In this document: positions 1 to 9,895 of the stretch, in pieces
Layout of the letters: each line of letters begins with the position of its first letter
How positions within the stretch are numbered: the stretch's first letter is position 1
Source: Cytophagaceae bacterium
GTDB lineage: Bacteria; Bacteroidota; Bacteroidia; Cytophagales; UBA9547
NCBI GenBank assembly: GCA_027488865.1
Contig: JAIYAU010000036.1
Span: 16,596 to 80,595 of the forward strand
Length of the DNA: 64,000 nucleotides
Direction: 5' to 3'
Program-made: the position numbers and the translations under genes
The notes under the pieces: model-generated
What the model was told of the DNA's origin: nothing
Databases searched by the model: none
Seen by the model: only the letters and a program-made list of their open reading frames with translations

Positions 1-2
1 TT

Positions 3-1472
3 TTTATCAACAACAACGGACAATTTTCTCCAAAATTATTAGGCAGTTTTCCTGTGGCAACAGAAAAAGAAGCGCAGTTGGCACTAGATGCAGCTGTTAA
101 AGCTTATAATAACGGTAGGGGAGAGTGGCCAACTATGACTATCAACGAGCGGATAGCTTGTATGGAGCATTTTACTAATATAATGATTCAGAAAAAGGGA
201 GAAGTGGTTAATTTGCTTATGTGGGAAATTGGCAAATCCTACGCCGACTCCCTTAAAGAATTTGACAGAACAGTTGAATATATCTTTAATACCATCGATG
301 CACTTAAAGATATGGATCGAGATGCCTCAAGATTTGTGATTGAAGGTGGTATTATTGGACAAATTCGCCGTGCACCGTTGGGCGTTGTGTTATGTATGGG
401 GCCATTTAACTATCCCTTAAACGAAACCTATACGTTGTTAATTCCAGCACTGTTAATGGGTAATACAGTAATGTTCAAACCGCCTAAACATGGCACATTA
501 TTACATGCTCCGTTGTATGAGGCATTCCAAAAGGCATTTCCAAAGGGCGTTTTTAATACTGTTTATGGCAAAGGAAGTACCGTCGTACCTCCTTTAATGG
601 CATCTGGTAAGGTAAATGTCTTGACACTAATAGGTTCTAGCAAAGTAGCTGATTCACTTAAGAAAATGCACCCTAAGGTTAATAGGCTTAGGGCGATTTT
701 AGGATTAGATGCCAAAAATGCTGCAATAGTTTTAAAATGTGCCGATGTTGATTTAGCCGTGAAAGAAACCATTTTAGGATCCTTGTCTTTTAATGGTCAA
801 AGATGTACAGCTATTAAAATTATTTTTATACATCGATCTATAGCCGAGTCTTTTATAAGGAAGTTTGCCGACGAGGTAGAAAAGTTAAAAATTGGGATGC
901 CTTGGGATAAGGACGTTATGCTTACCCCATTGCCAGAACCAGGCAAGCCTGATTATATAAAAAATTGTATTGACGACGCTGTTAAAAATGGAGCACGCGT
1001 AGTAAATGAAAGTGGTGGAAATACTGCAAATAGTTTTGTATTTCCTGCGGTATTATACCCAGTGAATGAAAAAATGATTTGTTATAGAGAAGAGCAATTT
1101 GGTCCAATTGTACCTATTGTGCCATTTGATGATGTGGAAGAACCAATAGAATATCTTATTTCTTCTGACCACGGACAGCAGGTAAGTATTTTTGGTACCA
1201 AAAGAGACACCATCGCCAACTTAATAGATCCTTTAGTAAATCAGGTTTGTAGGGTAAATGTCAATTGTCAATGTCAACGTGGCCCAGACACTTTTCCATT
1301 TACTGGTAGAAAAGATTCTGCGGAAGGTACATTGTCCGTTTATGATGCAATGAGAGCATTTTCAATCCGAACAATGGTGGCCGCAAAACAAACTGCCTTA
1401 AATAAGCAAATAATTAACGATATAGTGGATAAAGGAGAGTCGAAATTCTTATCAACTAGATTTATTTTTTAG
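3..1472 (+). CDS. gapN: NADP-dependent non-phosphorylating glyceraldehyde-3-phosphate dehydrogenase (ALDH superfamily), 5'-truncated by window edge
   Basis: ALDH motifs GPFNYPLNE, LSFNGQRCTA (catalytic Cys), EEQFGP and FPFTGRKDS; the frame is open back to base 3 (FINNNGQFSPKLLGSFP), so the true start lies upstream. Confidence 0.85.
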   Translation, partial: FINNNGQFSPKLLGSFPVATEKEAQLALDAAVKAYNNGRGEWPTMTINERIACMEHFTNIMIQKKGEVVNLLMWEIGKSYADSLKEFDRTVEYIFNTIDALKDMDRDASRFVIEGGIIGQIRRAPLGVVLCMGPFNYPLNETYTLLIPALLMGNTVMFKPPKHGTLLHAPLYEAFQKAFPKGVFNTVYGKGSTVVPPLMASGKVNVLTLIGSSKVADSLKKMHPKVNRLRAILGLDAKNAAIVLKCADVDLAVKETILGSLSFNGQRCTAIKIIFIHRSIAESFIRKFADEVEKLKIGMPWDKDVMLTPLPEPGKPDYIKNCIDDAVKNGARVVNESGGNTANSFVFPAVLYPVNEKMICYREEQFGPIVPIVPFDDVEEPIEYLISSDHGQQVSIFGTKRDTIANLIDPLVNQVCRVNVNCQCQRGPDTFPFTGRKDSAEGTLSVYDAMRAFSIRTMVAAKQTALNKQIINDIVDKGESKFLSTRFIF

Positions 1473-1920
1473 CCAAATGCCTCCTTAAGATAGGATGAAA
1501 ACGTCCATTTCTTAAGGAGGCTTTTTTAATTTTTAGTTTAAAGATTAAGAATTCTCTTTGGTCATGAGACGTAAATTCTCTTCTTATAGTGATGTTATAT
1601 TCATCACTTACTAATTTCTCAGCTTCTTTTTGTTTCTTTAATTCTGATTTTTTAATTCTGATTACACGCACATTGCCTTCAGTGCCGTTATAGCCGTCGT
1701 CAGGACGTTTAAAATATCCATGTTTGCCGGGTCTCTTAGCTAAGCAAGACATTGGGTCTGCAGCCATGATTGAAAAACTCTGCTTTATCGAATTTTGGCT
1801 TATATCAGGAAATAAATGTTTAATATTATCTAATAGATGATGTGCTAGGATTGCATCGTCAGGTGAAGATGGAAGAAATGAAGGAAGGGTTTCCTCTAAT
1901 CGGTCTCTAACGGATTTCAT
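1462..1920 (-). CDS. Hypothetical protein, possible N-terminal winged-helix-like domain
   Basis: 152 aa ORF with ATG after an AT-rich intergenic region; helical N-terminus ending in AKRPGKHGYF; the 3' end runs through the gapN terminator. Confidence 0.5.
   Translation of the reverse strand: MKSVRDRLEETLPSFLPSSPDDAILAHHLLDNIKHLFPDISQNSIKQSFSIMAADPMSCLAKRPGKHGYFKRPDDGYNGTEGNVRVIRIKKSELKKQKEAEKLVSDEYNITIRREFTSHDQREFLIFKLKIKKASLRNGRFHPILRRHLAKK
1479..1527. terminator. Intrinsic terminator hairpin between convergent genes
   Basis: GCCTCCTTAAGA (1479-1490) pairs with TCTTAAGGAGGC (1510-1521), followed by a T run. Confidence 0.75.
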
Positions 1921-2055
1921 AATTTGTGTGTAAAGTTAACTTTTAATTATATTTCAATCTAAACATTAACACTAATATATAAAAAATATTTTTTAAAATT
2001 TATATATTCATAGATATAATAGATTATTATATAGATTAATTTAAAATTTAAATAA

Positions 2056-3522
2056 CTAGTTATTCTTTACACTTGTAGCTTTAAACTTACCAGTTATCAT
2101 TAAGCCAATTATTGTGAGGCAAGCATTAATAAGCAATAATTCAAAGCTGAATTTATAAGCAAAGTGCGATTCAATCAAATATACGAATCCATAAGTAAGT
2201 AAAGGTGCTGTAATGCACACATAAGGAGATAAACTATCCTTTATTTTATACTTGCTTAAAATACCTAGTGTAAATAAACCCAAAAGTGGGCCATAGGTGT
2301 AACTTGCCATTTTTAGCACAGAATCTATCACAGTGCTATTGTTTAAAACTCTAAATATTAAAATCGAAACCAGTAAGATCAATGAAAACCCAATATGCAC
2401 CAAGAATTTCTGCCTTTGCTTGGTTTGTTCATCTTTATCCTTAAAATTTAAAAAATCTATACAAAAGGAAGTTGTAAGAGACGCCAAAGCAGAATCAGCA
2501 CTGGCATAAGAAGAGGCTATAATACCCAATAAAAAAGCCACACCAGCTATTACTCCAAAGTTGTTTAATGCTAACAAAGGATATAAATCATCAGACCGAG
2601 AGGGGAGCGAAAGGTTTTTTATATCACAATATATGTACAATAAGGCACCTAAAGTTAAAAACAGTAGATTTACTCCGACCAAAATAGCTGAAAACCAAAA
2701 CATATTTTTTTGTGCCTCTTTAATATTTCTACAGGTTAGATTCTTTTGCATTAAATCTTGATCCAATCCAGTCATAACAATGGTGATAAACATGCCACCT
2801 ATAAACTGCTTGATGAAAAATTTTGAATCATTAGGGTCGTTTAAGAAAAATATTTGAGAATATTTACTCGATTGGATGGTTTCAATTAATCCAAAAGGAG
2901 ATAATTCAAGTTCTTGGGCTATTACTACAATACTTGTAATTAGAGCAGTAATTAGAAATAAGGTTTGAATACTGTCAGTCCAAATAATAGTTTTTATTCC
3001 ACCCTTAAATGTGTAGACCCATATTAAAAGTATAGTAATAAATACTGTAACCCAAAATTCTATTTTTAATGCATCAAAGATAAAAAGTTGCAATACTGCT
3101 GCAGCTAAATACAACCTTAAAGATGAACCAATCGTTCGAGAAAGTAAAAAAAAGAAAGATCCTGTTTGATATGTTTTTTTGCCAAATCTTTCCCCTAAAT
3201 ACGAATAAATTGAAATTAAATTTAACCTATAATAAAGTGGCATCAATACCGTAGCTACCACTATGTAACCCGCTAAATAGCCAATTACCAATTGAAAGTA
3301 GGAAAAAGAAGCTACACCTACTTTTCCTGGAACTGAAATAAAGGTAGCACCAGAAATGGATGTACCAATCATTCCAAAAGCCACAAGATACCAAGGAGAT
3401 TGCTTTTGTGCAGTAAAAAAATCCGTTGAACTTGCATTTCTGCTTGTAAACCATGCTATTGTGAGTAACATTACAAAATATAAAATAATTATGATTGCAA
3501 TTAGCGTTGTAGACATTGGCAA
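2056..3522 (-). CDS. Sodium:solute symporter family transporter
   Basis: Multi-TM protein with SSS motifs GMIGTSISGATFISVPG, GGIKTIIWTD and MTGLDQDLMQKNL. Confidence 0.9.
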   Translation of the reverse strand: MPMSTTLIAIIIILYFVMLLTIAWFTSRNASSTDFFTAQKQSPWYLVAFGMIGTSISGATFISVPGKVGVASFSYFQLVIGYLAGYIVVATVLMPLYYRLNLISIYSYLGERFGKKTYQTGSFFFLLSRTIGSSLRLYLAAAVLQLFIFDALKIEFWVTVFITILLIWVYTFKGGIKTIIWTDSIQTLFLITALITSIVVIAQELELSPFGLIETIQSSKYSQIFFLNDPNDSKFFIKQFIGGMFITIVMTGLDQDLMQKNLTCRNIKEAQKNMFWFSAILVGVNLLFLTLGALLYIYCDIKNLSLPSRSDDLYPLLALNNFGVIAGVAFLLGIIASSYASADSALASLTTSFCIDFLNFKDKDEQTKQRQKFLVHIGFSLILLVSILIFRVLNNSTVIDSVLKMASYTYGPLLGLFTLGILSKYKIKDSLSPYVCITAPLLTYGFVYLIESHFAYKFSFELLLINACLTIIGLMITGKFKATSVKNN

Positions 3523-3581
3523 ATAATTAAATATTCAAATTTTAGTTTTCATAATATAGAACAAATGTGTCTATTTTTTTT

Positions 3582-3589
3582 TATTTTTG
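3582..3589 (+). promoter_or_regulatory. Bacteroidota sigma-70 -7 element for clpS-recR
   Basis: TATTTTTG matches TAnnTTTG, 21 nt before the ATG at 3611. Confidence 0.5.
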
Positions 3590-3610
3590 CTATATAAGTC
3601 ATCCCTCATC

Positions 3611-3892
3611 ATGAATACCAATCCTTTTTATGAAGAAGATGTGCTCCTTGAAGAAGAAGTAAAGGACACAGAACTGCGCGATTTGATTGTTTTTAATGAC
3701 GATATCAATACTTTTGACCACGTTATTGAAACCTTAATTGATGTTTGTGGGCATTCACCGCATCAGGCTGAGCAATGCACCATTTTAATTCATTATAAGG
3801 GTAAATGTAGTGTAAAAAACGGTGATTTTGAGACCTTAGCCCCTATGCGAAATGACATATGCAGAAGAGGTATTTCTGCTGAAATTTTGTAA
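3611..3892 (+). CDS. clpS: ATP-dependent Clp protease adaptor ClpS
   Basis: LIVFNDDINTFDHVI and HYKGKC motifs; ATG 3611 preferred over the track's TTG 3587, which overlaps the promoter. Confidence 0.9.
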   Translation: MNTNPFYEEDVLLEEEVKDTELRDLIVFNDDINTFDHVIETLIDVCGHSPHQAEQCTILIHYKGKCSVKNGDFETLAPMRNDICRRGISAEIL

Positions 3893-3924
3893 TAAGTGCT
3901 TTGTTCAAAAGCATATAATAAACC

Positions 3925-4530
3925 ATGAATTACCCATCTAAATTAATAGAGGAAGCAGTAAATGAATTAAGTAAATTACCTGGGGTGGGTAAAAAATCAG
4001 CAATGAGATTTGCTTTGTTTTTGTTGAAAAAAGACGAAAATACAAGCATAGCACTTGCTGATGCTGTTCGTAACTTACGTACCAAAACTACCTATTGCAA
4101 GATTTGTCATAATATAGCTGACGACTCCCTTTGTAATATTTGTAATAATTCTAAAAGAAACAAGACACTTATTTGCGTTGTAGAAGACACACGAGATGTG
4201 TTGGCTATAGAAAATACGCATCAATATGATGGTACTTATCATGTGCTAGGTGGTATTATATCACCAATTGATGGTATTGGGCCAAGTGAACTTAAAATAG
4301 AATCCTTACTTGAAAGAGTTAGGTCTGGTGATATTGTGGAGATAATTTTAGCGTTAAGTTCAACTATGGAGGGCGATACCACTTCTTTCTATATAACCAA
4401 AAAATTAAAGGATTCACCGATTAAAATATCCTCAATAGCGAGAGGTATTCCCGTTGGGGGGGAACTAGAATTTGCCGATGAGATTACGTTAGGCAGAAGT
4501 ATTTTAAAACGAGTAGACTATAATAATTAA
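3925..4530 (+). CDS. recR: Recombination protein RecR
   Basis: HhH LPGVGKKSA, C4 zinc finger CKICHN...CNIC, Toprim YHVLGG/EGDTT and ARGIPVGGELEFAD. Confidence 0.97.
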   Translation: MNYPSKLIEEAVNELSKLPGVGKKSAMRFALFLLKKDENTSIALADAVRNLRTKTTYCKICHNIADDSLCNICNNSKRNKTLICVVEDTRDVLAIENTHQYDGTYHVLGGIISPIDGIGPSELKIESLLERVRSGDIVEIILALSSTMEGDTTSFYITKKLKDSPIKISSIARGIPVGGELEFADEITLGRSILKRVDYNN

Positions 4531-4745
4531 AAATCCCAAATTGTACTTCTTCTGCGTCTTAAGTAAGTGCCTAAGTTCATCAAAAATATTAAGGCCACAT
4601 ACAATATTATTGGTGAACCAAACGTAAAAAAACATAAGTAAATAAATGTCATTCTAACAGCACCAGATGCTATCCCTAAAATCTCACCCAGCCAAGAACA
4701 CACCCCAAAAAGATTAAATTCAAAAATGGCTTGTAATTTTTTCAT
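4527..4745 (-). CDS. PspC domain-containing membrane protein
   Basis: FGVCSWLGE...VR..F..ILY PspC-like motif in a 72 aa hydrophobic protein. Confidence 0.8.
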   Translation of the reverse strand: MKKLQAIFEFNLFGVCSWLGEILGIASGAVRMTFIYLCFFTFGSPIILYVALIFLMNLGTYLRRRRSTIWDF

Positions 4746-4916
4746 AATTCATGAATACCTATTAAACCTAATACAGTTTTTTGGTAACATATAAGGTTTA
4801 AAAATTTTAACAAAAATACTCTTTTTTTTGTTAAAAGGAACTTATTTTCTTAAATTTTTTGCATGAATCAAATCTTTAACATACATTCGCAACAGCAACT
4901 AATTTTTAATTGTAAT

Positions 4917-6722
4917 ATGAAATTCACTAAACAATCTTTTTCAGTGTTGTTAGCTTTGGGAGCCTTTACTTTTTCAGGCTGTTCTTTAAAGCAGATGATC
5001 AAGTTATCTAAACAACAGCAATTAACCGTAACTCCATCTCCTTTGGAGGTTCACGCGGATACTGTAAGCACAGAGGTTTCTGTTTTGCTTCCTATCAAAA
5101 TGTTAAAGAAAAACAAAATTTACACTGTTAAAACTTGGTATCAAGCAGCTGATACAAAAGTAGAACTAGGGGAGGTTGAATTTAAACAAAATCCTGATTT
5201 CCCTAATGCAAAAACGGAGCAGCCAAAGCTTTCAAAGAAGTTTATTTTCCCTTACAGTGATAACTTGAAAAAAGGAGATTTAAACATCCAAGGTACTGCA
5301 TATAATTTTTCTAAGTCTAAATTTAAATCTACCGAAGTATTACCTATAGCAAAAGGAGCTATTACCACTTCTAGATTGGTTAAAGACATTTATTTTACTG
5401 CATTTGCTGATCATGGTTACAATAATAAAGAAGAGCTTGAGCCAACGAACGTTGGATTTTTCTTCGAAAAAGGTAAGTCGGTGTTGAGAAAAACTGAAAT
5501 TAAAAGTAAAAATGGAATGTTTTTTGAAGCTTTTGTTGCTAAAAAGAATGTGACTAGGGTAGTAACTATCACTGGTTCTCACTCGCCTGAAGGTACCGAA
5601 ACTATCAATACTAAACTTTCAGATGATAGAGCAAAGTCAATTTCTGACTTTTATAAGGAAACGATGAAGAAATTTAAATATAATCAAGGTGCAGCGGATT
5701 CTATTCAATTTGTATTAAAGGCAGTAGTAAAAGATTGGACTTCTTTTAAAGATACTCTTTCCAATGATAAAAAACTAACCCAAGCTGAAAAAGACGAAGT
5801 TTTAGCTATAGTAAATGGTGGTTCAGGTGATTTTATAGAGAAAGAAAAACAACTTCAAAAGCTGAAATCTTATAAATACATTGCTAAAACTATTTATCCA
5901 AATTTGAGAACAGCCAAAACTGAAATTTTAACTGTTAAACCAAAGAAAACAGATGCACAAATTTCTATATTAGCTAAAGGAGTTTCTGAGGGGTCTATCA
6001 AGGCTGATACATTAACAAATGAAGAATTGTTATATGCAGCTACACTTACTCCTGATGCATCTGAAAAAGAAAAAATTTACAACGCAGCATCTAAAAAAGC
6101 TGATACTTGGCAAGCATATAATAATTTGGGTGCCATTTATGTGGAATTAGCAAAAAAACAATTAAACTCTAATGATAAATTGTCTTACGCAGATAAAGCA
6201 GTAGTTCAATTAGAATTAGCTAATAAAAAGGAAGAAAACGCACTTTCACTCGTAAATCTTGGTACAGCTTATGCAATTAAAGGCGATTGGTCTAAAGCAA
6301 TAATTGCCCTTGATAAAGCTTACAGCTTATCTAAAGATGAGGCTATTAAAAAAGGAGCAAATAGTGTTAAATCTGTTTATTTCATTAAAAGAGCAAAATA
6401 TGATGAAGCAATTGCAGCTTTGCAAAATGGTGTGTCAGAAGACCCTACTGTTAAATATAATTTAGCATTATCTTATTTATTAAAGAAAGATTTTGAAAAA
6501 GCTAAAGTTTCATTTGACGAAGCTACTACCGCAGATTCTAAAAATGCTTGGGCTTACTACGCTGGCGCAATTACAGCGGCTCGTCAAAATAATTTAGAAA
6601 TTTTAACTTCTCGTTTACAAAAAGCAATTCAATTGGACGATACTTTACGTGCAAAAGCACTTGAAGATCTAGAATTCGTTAATTTTTGGAATAACGATGC
6701 GTTCAAGAATGCTATCAAATAA
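4917..6722 (+). CDS. Lipoprotein with OmpA-like domain and C-terminal TPR repeats
   Basis: Lipobox FSGC after the signal peptide; OmpA-like GSHSPEG..N..LSDDRA; TPRs (AYNNLG, LVNLG, KYNLAL, AYYAGAI); start 4917 chosen from signal peptide position. Confidence 0.8.
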   Translation: MKFTKQSFSVLLALGAFTFSGCSLKQMIKLSKQQQLTVTPSPLEVHADTVSTEVSVLLPIKMLKKNKIYTVKTWYQAADTKVELGEVEFKQNPDFPNAKTEQPKLSKKFIFPYSDNLKKGDLNIQGTAYNFSKSKFKSTEVLPIAKGAITTSRLVKDIYFTAFADHGYNNKEELEPTNVGFFFEKGKSVLRKTEIKSKNGMFFEAFVAKKNVTRVVTITGSHSPEGTETINTKLSDDRAKSISDFYKETMKKFKYNQGAADSIQFVLKAVVKDWTSFKDTLSNDKKLTQAEKDEVLAIVNGGSGDFIEKEKQLQKLKSYKYIAKTIYPNLRTAKTEILTVKPKKTDAQISILAKGVSEGSIKADTLTNEELLYAATLTPDASEKEKIYNAASKKADTWQAYNNLGAIYVELAKKQLNSNDKLSYADKAVVQLELANKKEENALSLVNLGTAYAIKGDWSKAIIALDKAYSLSKDEAIKKGANSVKSVYFIKRAKYDEAIAALQNGVSEDPTVKYNLALSYLLKKDFEKAKVSFDEATTADSKNAWAYYAGAITAARQNNLEILTSRLQKAIQLDDTLRAKALEDLEFVNFWNNDAFKNAIK

Positions 6723-6743
6723 TTAAAATTAGTTGTTATTTTT

Positions 6744-6775
6744 AAAAAGCCCGATAAATAATTCGGGCTTTTTTT
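6744..6775 (+). terminator. Intrinsic terminator
   Basis: AAAAAGCCCGA pairs with TCGGGCTTTTT, with a T tail. Confidence 0.85.
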
Positions 6776-6907
6776 ATGTTAATACATCAAAAACAGCTAT
6801 TTTTGAGCGTTTTATATTCGTAATATTCAGCCTTTTTGTTGTTATAAATATATTTCAAATCAATAACTTACTGCTTATAAAAATTCTTTAATAGTAATAC
6901 ATTCGTA

Positions 6908-7888
6908 ATGAGAGAAATACAATTTAGGGAAGCATTGCGTGAGGCAATGCAAGAAGAAATGCGACGTGATTCTTCCATCTTTTTAATGGGTGAAGAGGTT
7001 GCAGAATACAATGGTGCTTACAAAGTAAGCCAAGGAATGCTGGAGGAGTTTGGTGCGAAAAGAATAATTGACACACCTATAGCTGAACTAGGTTTTACCG
7101 GAATTGGTATAGGCGCAGCTATGAATGGCCTTAGACCAATTATTGAATTTATGACTTTTAACTTTTCCCTAGTTGCAATAGACCAAATAATCAATAGTGC
7201 CGCCAAAATGATGTCCATGTCTGGAGGGCAATATTCTGTGCCGATTGTTTTTAGAGGCCCAACTGGTAACGCGGGGATGTTAAGCTCCCAACATTCACAA
7301 AATTTCGAAAACTGGTATGCCAATACTCCAGGTTTAAAAGTAGTAATACCGTCCAATCCAGCCGACGCTAAAGGATTGCTTAAATCTTCAATTAGAGATA
7401 ACGATCCTGTTATTTTTTGTGAATCTGAGTTAATGTATGGAGATAAAGGTGAAGTGCCAGAAGGTGAATATACTTTACCAATAGGAATAGCGCATACCGT
7501 GCAAGAAGGCTCAGATGTTACCTTGGTGTCGTTTGGAAAAATGATGAAAGTGGCTTATGCTGCGGCTGCAGAAGTGGCCAAAGACGGTATATCAGTGGAA
7601 GTTATAGATTTACGCACAGTAAGGCCTATTGATTATGACACAATTGTGAAATCTGTGAAAAAAACAAATAGATTGGTGGTAATAGAAGAGGCATGGCCTC
7701 TAGGAGCAATATCTTCGGAAATTACATATCATATACAAAGATTTGCTTTTGATTATTTAGATGCACCTATTTTAAGGGTAAATAATGCAGATTTACCTTT
7801 GCCATATGCACCTACTTTGATTGAAGAGATTTTACCAACAGTACCTAAAGCGGTAAAAGCTATTAAAAAGGTGTTATATAAAGACTAA
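6908..7888 (+). CDS. pdhB: Pyruvate dehydrogenase E1 beta subunit
   Basis: GEEVAEYNGAYKV, DTPIAE, EFMTFNF, PIVFRGP, QHSQ and EVIDLRT motifs. Confidence 0.96.
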   Translation: MREIQFREALREAMQEEMRRDSSIFLMGEEVAEYNGAYKVSQGMLEEFGAKRIIDTPIAELGFTGIGIGAAMNGLRPIIEFMTFNFSLVAIDQIINSAAKMMSMSGGQYSVPIVFRGPTGNAGMLSSQHSQNFENWYANTPGLKVVIPSNPADAKGLLKSSIRDNDPVIFCESELMYGDKGEVPEGEYTLPIGIAHTVQEGSDVTLVSFGKMMKVAYAAAAEVAKDGISVEVIDLRTVRPIDYDTIVKSVKKTNRLVVIEEAWPLGAISSEITYHIQRFAFDYLDAPILRVNNADLPLPYAPTLIEEILPTVPKAVKAIKKVLYKD

Positions 7889-7901
7889 TTTGAATATGAA
7901 C

Positions 7902-7940
7902 AATCTAAAAAGGTATTAAATTTTAGTACCTTTTTAGATT
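7902..7940. terminator. Inverted repeat, probable terminator after pdhB
   Basis: AATCTAAAAAGGTATTAAA pairs with TTTAGTACCTTTTTAGATT. Confidence 0.65.
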
Positions 7941-7999
7941 ATAATAAAACCTAATCCTTACATGTTCGTATATTTAGAAGTATTAAATATTAGTCTGCT

Positions 8000-8737
8000 A
8001 TGAATTTATTGTTTGTATTGTTAAATGTTTTTAATCTCACGCAGATTGCCAATACGGAACAGTTAATTACTGAAATGAACAGCAGGTATGCGGGAAAGTT
8101 TAATAAAAATATAACCTTCATACAATTAAATACACACTTTAATGAAGATGGCTCTACTGAATCAAGTACTTGGTACGAGGCATTTCATTTTCCAGGAAAA
8201 TATAGAATTGATTACGGATATACACCTAATGTTGACGGAATAATATTTGCAGATGATTCCGTGTATCATTTTAAAGATAAAATGTTAACAAAAAAGGGTC
8301 AATCAATTAATGACATTTTGTTACTTTGTGGTGATATTTATTTCTTAACCCCAAAACAAAGTTTAGACAAAATTAAAAAACTAGGTTACAACACCTCAGA
8401 ATTCCGAGAAGACGTGTGGGAAGGGAGACCTGTGTTTGTAGTAGGGGCTAAGAAGGGTGACGAAGTTACAGCACAGTTTTGGATTGACAAAGAAAATTTG
8501 TATCTGGTAAGAAATATTAACGTTTCGAAAGAAACGGCAGAATTGGAAGATGCCCATTTTGTAGAACATGAAATTGTAGGAAAGGCTTGGGTAGAGAATA
8601 AGGTAATCGTATTTAGCAAAGGCAGAAAAATCAGAATGGAAAAATATGCCGAAGTTATGCCGGACAGAAAGTTGAATGCTGAAGTGTTTGATCATAAAAA
8701 ATGGGGTCAACTACATTGGCACGACAAAAAAAAATAA
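8000..8737 (+). CDS. Exported hypothetical protein, possible LolA-like fold
   Basis: Hydrophobic N-terminus; beta-rich pattern WYEA..FPGKYRID and QFWIDKENLYLVR typical of LolA-like periplasmic proteins. Confidence 0.55.
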   Translation: MNLLFVLLNVFNLTQIANTEQLITEMNSRYAGKFNKNITFIQLNTHFNEDGSTESSTWYEAFHFPGKYRIDYGYTPNVDGIIFADDSVYHFKDKMLTKKGQSINDILLLCGDIYFLTPKQSLDKIKKLGYNTSEFREDVWEGRPVFVVGAKKGDEVTAQFWIDKENLYLVRNINVSKETAELEDAHFVEHEIVGKAWVENKVIVFSKGRKIRMEKYAEVMPDRKLNAEVFDHKKWGQLHWHDKKK

Positions 8738-8769
8738 TGTTTTCATAGTTTTAAATGTTTATGTTTATG

Positions 8770-8803
8770 AAAACCCTTGGTATTTTATCAAGGGTTTTTC
8801 TTT
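8770..8803 (+). terminator. Intrinsic terminator
   Basis: AAAACCCTTGGTA pairs with TATCAAGGGTTTT, followed by T-rich sequence. Confidence 0.65.
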
Positions 8804-8915
8804 TTAGTATAATAAAATATTCATTAATACTGGTTTTTGTTAATACCTTAGATTCATTATTTTTGAACTGGATTTATAGTACTTATAATATTATCTTAAG
8901 AGGTTCAATTAACTT

Positions 8916-9884
8916 ATGGTATTTAATAACACGCTTTCATGGTTGGAATATTCTCTGATTGGCGCATTTATTTTATTTTATTTTATATTCGTTTTTAAAA
9001 TAATTTATGTCTCAATTCGTCTAAAAACCGGGTTTCGACACATTTTTTTGAAAGTGGTCTTAAGGACAATATATTTTTCATTGTTTGTGATTTCCTTATT
9101 AGCTCCGTCTTTTGGGGACATTAAGAAGGAAATAAAGGCAGTAGGGAAGGATATATATATAGCGGTGGATTTATCACAATCTATGAATGCAGTTGATATT
9201 CAACCAAATAGGTTAGAGAGATTAAAGTTTGAACTAAAAAAACTTGCTAATGCATTACAATCAGATAGGCTAGGTATTATTATTTTTTCTTCACAAGCGT
9301 ACATGCAATGTCCGATTACTTATGACCAAAGTGCGTTAGGATTATTTATTGAAACATTAACTTCTGGTCTGGTACCAGCTTCAAGCACTGATTTTTATTA
9401 TCCTTTAAAGATGGCTCTTGAAAGGCATCTTGATCCAGAAAATTCTACCGCCTCTAAAAAAGCAAAGATTGTAATATTGATAAGTGATGGTGAAGATTTT
9501 AGTGAAGAAACTGACGATATTATTAGTGAATTCAAAGCCAATCGTATCAAACTTTTTACGCTTGGTATTGGAACTGCTGAAGGTGGTAAAATACCCGTAA
9601 ATGGCTCTTATAAACGCGATAGCGAAGGTAAGTTTGTTGTTACCAAATTGGCGTCAAATACTATGAAAAATTATGCGCAAAAAACTGGAGGAAAATATTT
9701 TGAAATTAGTAATTCAATTAATGAAATGCCCAAGTTGATTGATACTATATCAAAAATAGAGGGAGAGGTAAAGGCAACAAAAACAATTGATATAAGTGCT
9801 AATAAATATTACTATTTCTTGTTTATAGCTTTTATTTTAATGGCCTTGGATATGCTTATTACAGTGAGGGTTATTCGTCTTTAA
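8916..9884 (+). CDS. VWA domain membrane protein (BatB-like)
   Basis: MIDAS DLSQSM, P.RLER.K, ILISDGED and TLGIGT..GG.IP; N- and C-terminal TM helices. Confidence 0.85.
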   Translation: MVFNNTLSWLEYSLIGAFILFYFIFVFKIIYVSIRLKTGFRHIFLKVVLRTIYFSLFVISLLAPSFGDIKKEIKAVGKDIYIAVDLSQSMNAVDIQPNRLERLKFELKKLANALQSDRLGIIIFSSQAYMQCPITYDQSALGLFIETLTSGLVPASSTDFYYPLKMALERHLDPENSTASKKAKIVILISDGEDFSEETDDIISEFKANRIKLFTLGIGTAEGGKIPVNGSYKRDSEGKFVVTKLASNTMKNYAQKTGGKYFEISNSINEMPKLIDTISKIEGEVKATKTIDISANKYYYFLFIAFILMALDMLITVRVIRL

Positions 9885-9895
9885 GATATTTATGC

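Noticed and set aside
8755-8958. 67 aa ORF between the LolA-like and VWA genes
   Set aside because: It runs across a terminator hairpin and overlaps the VWA start, so it is likely a chance AT-rich ORF.
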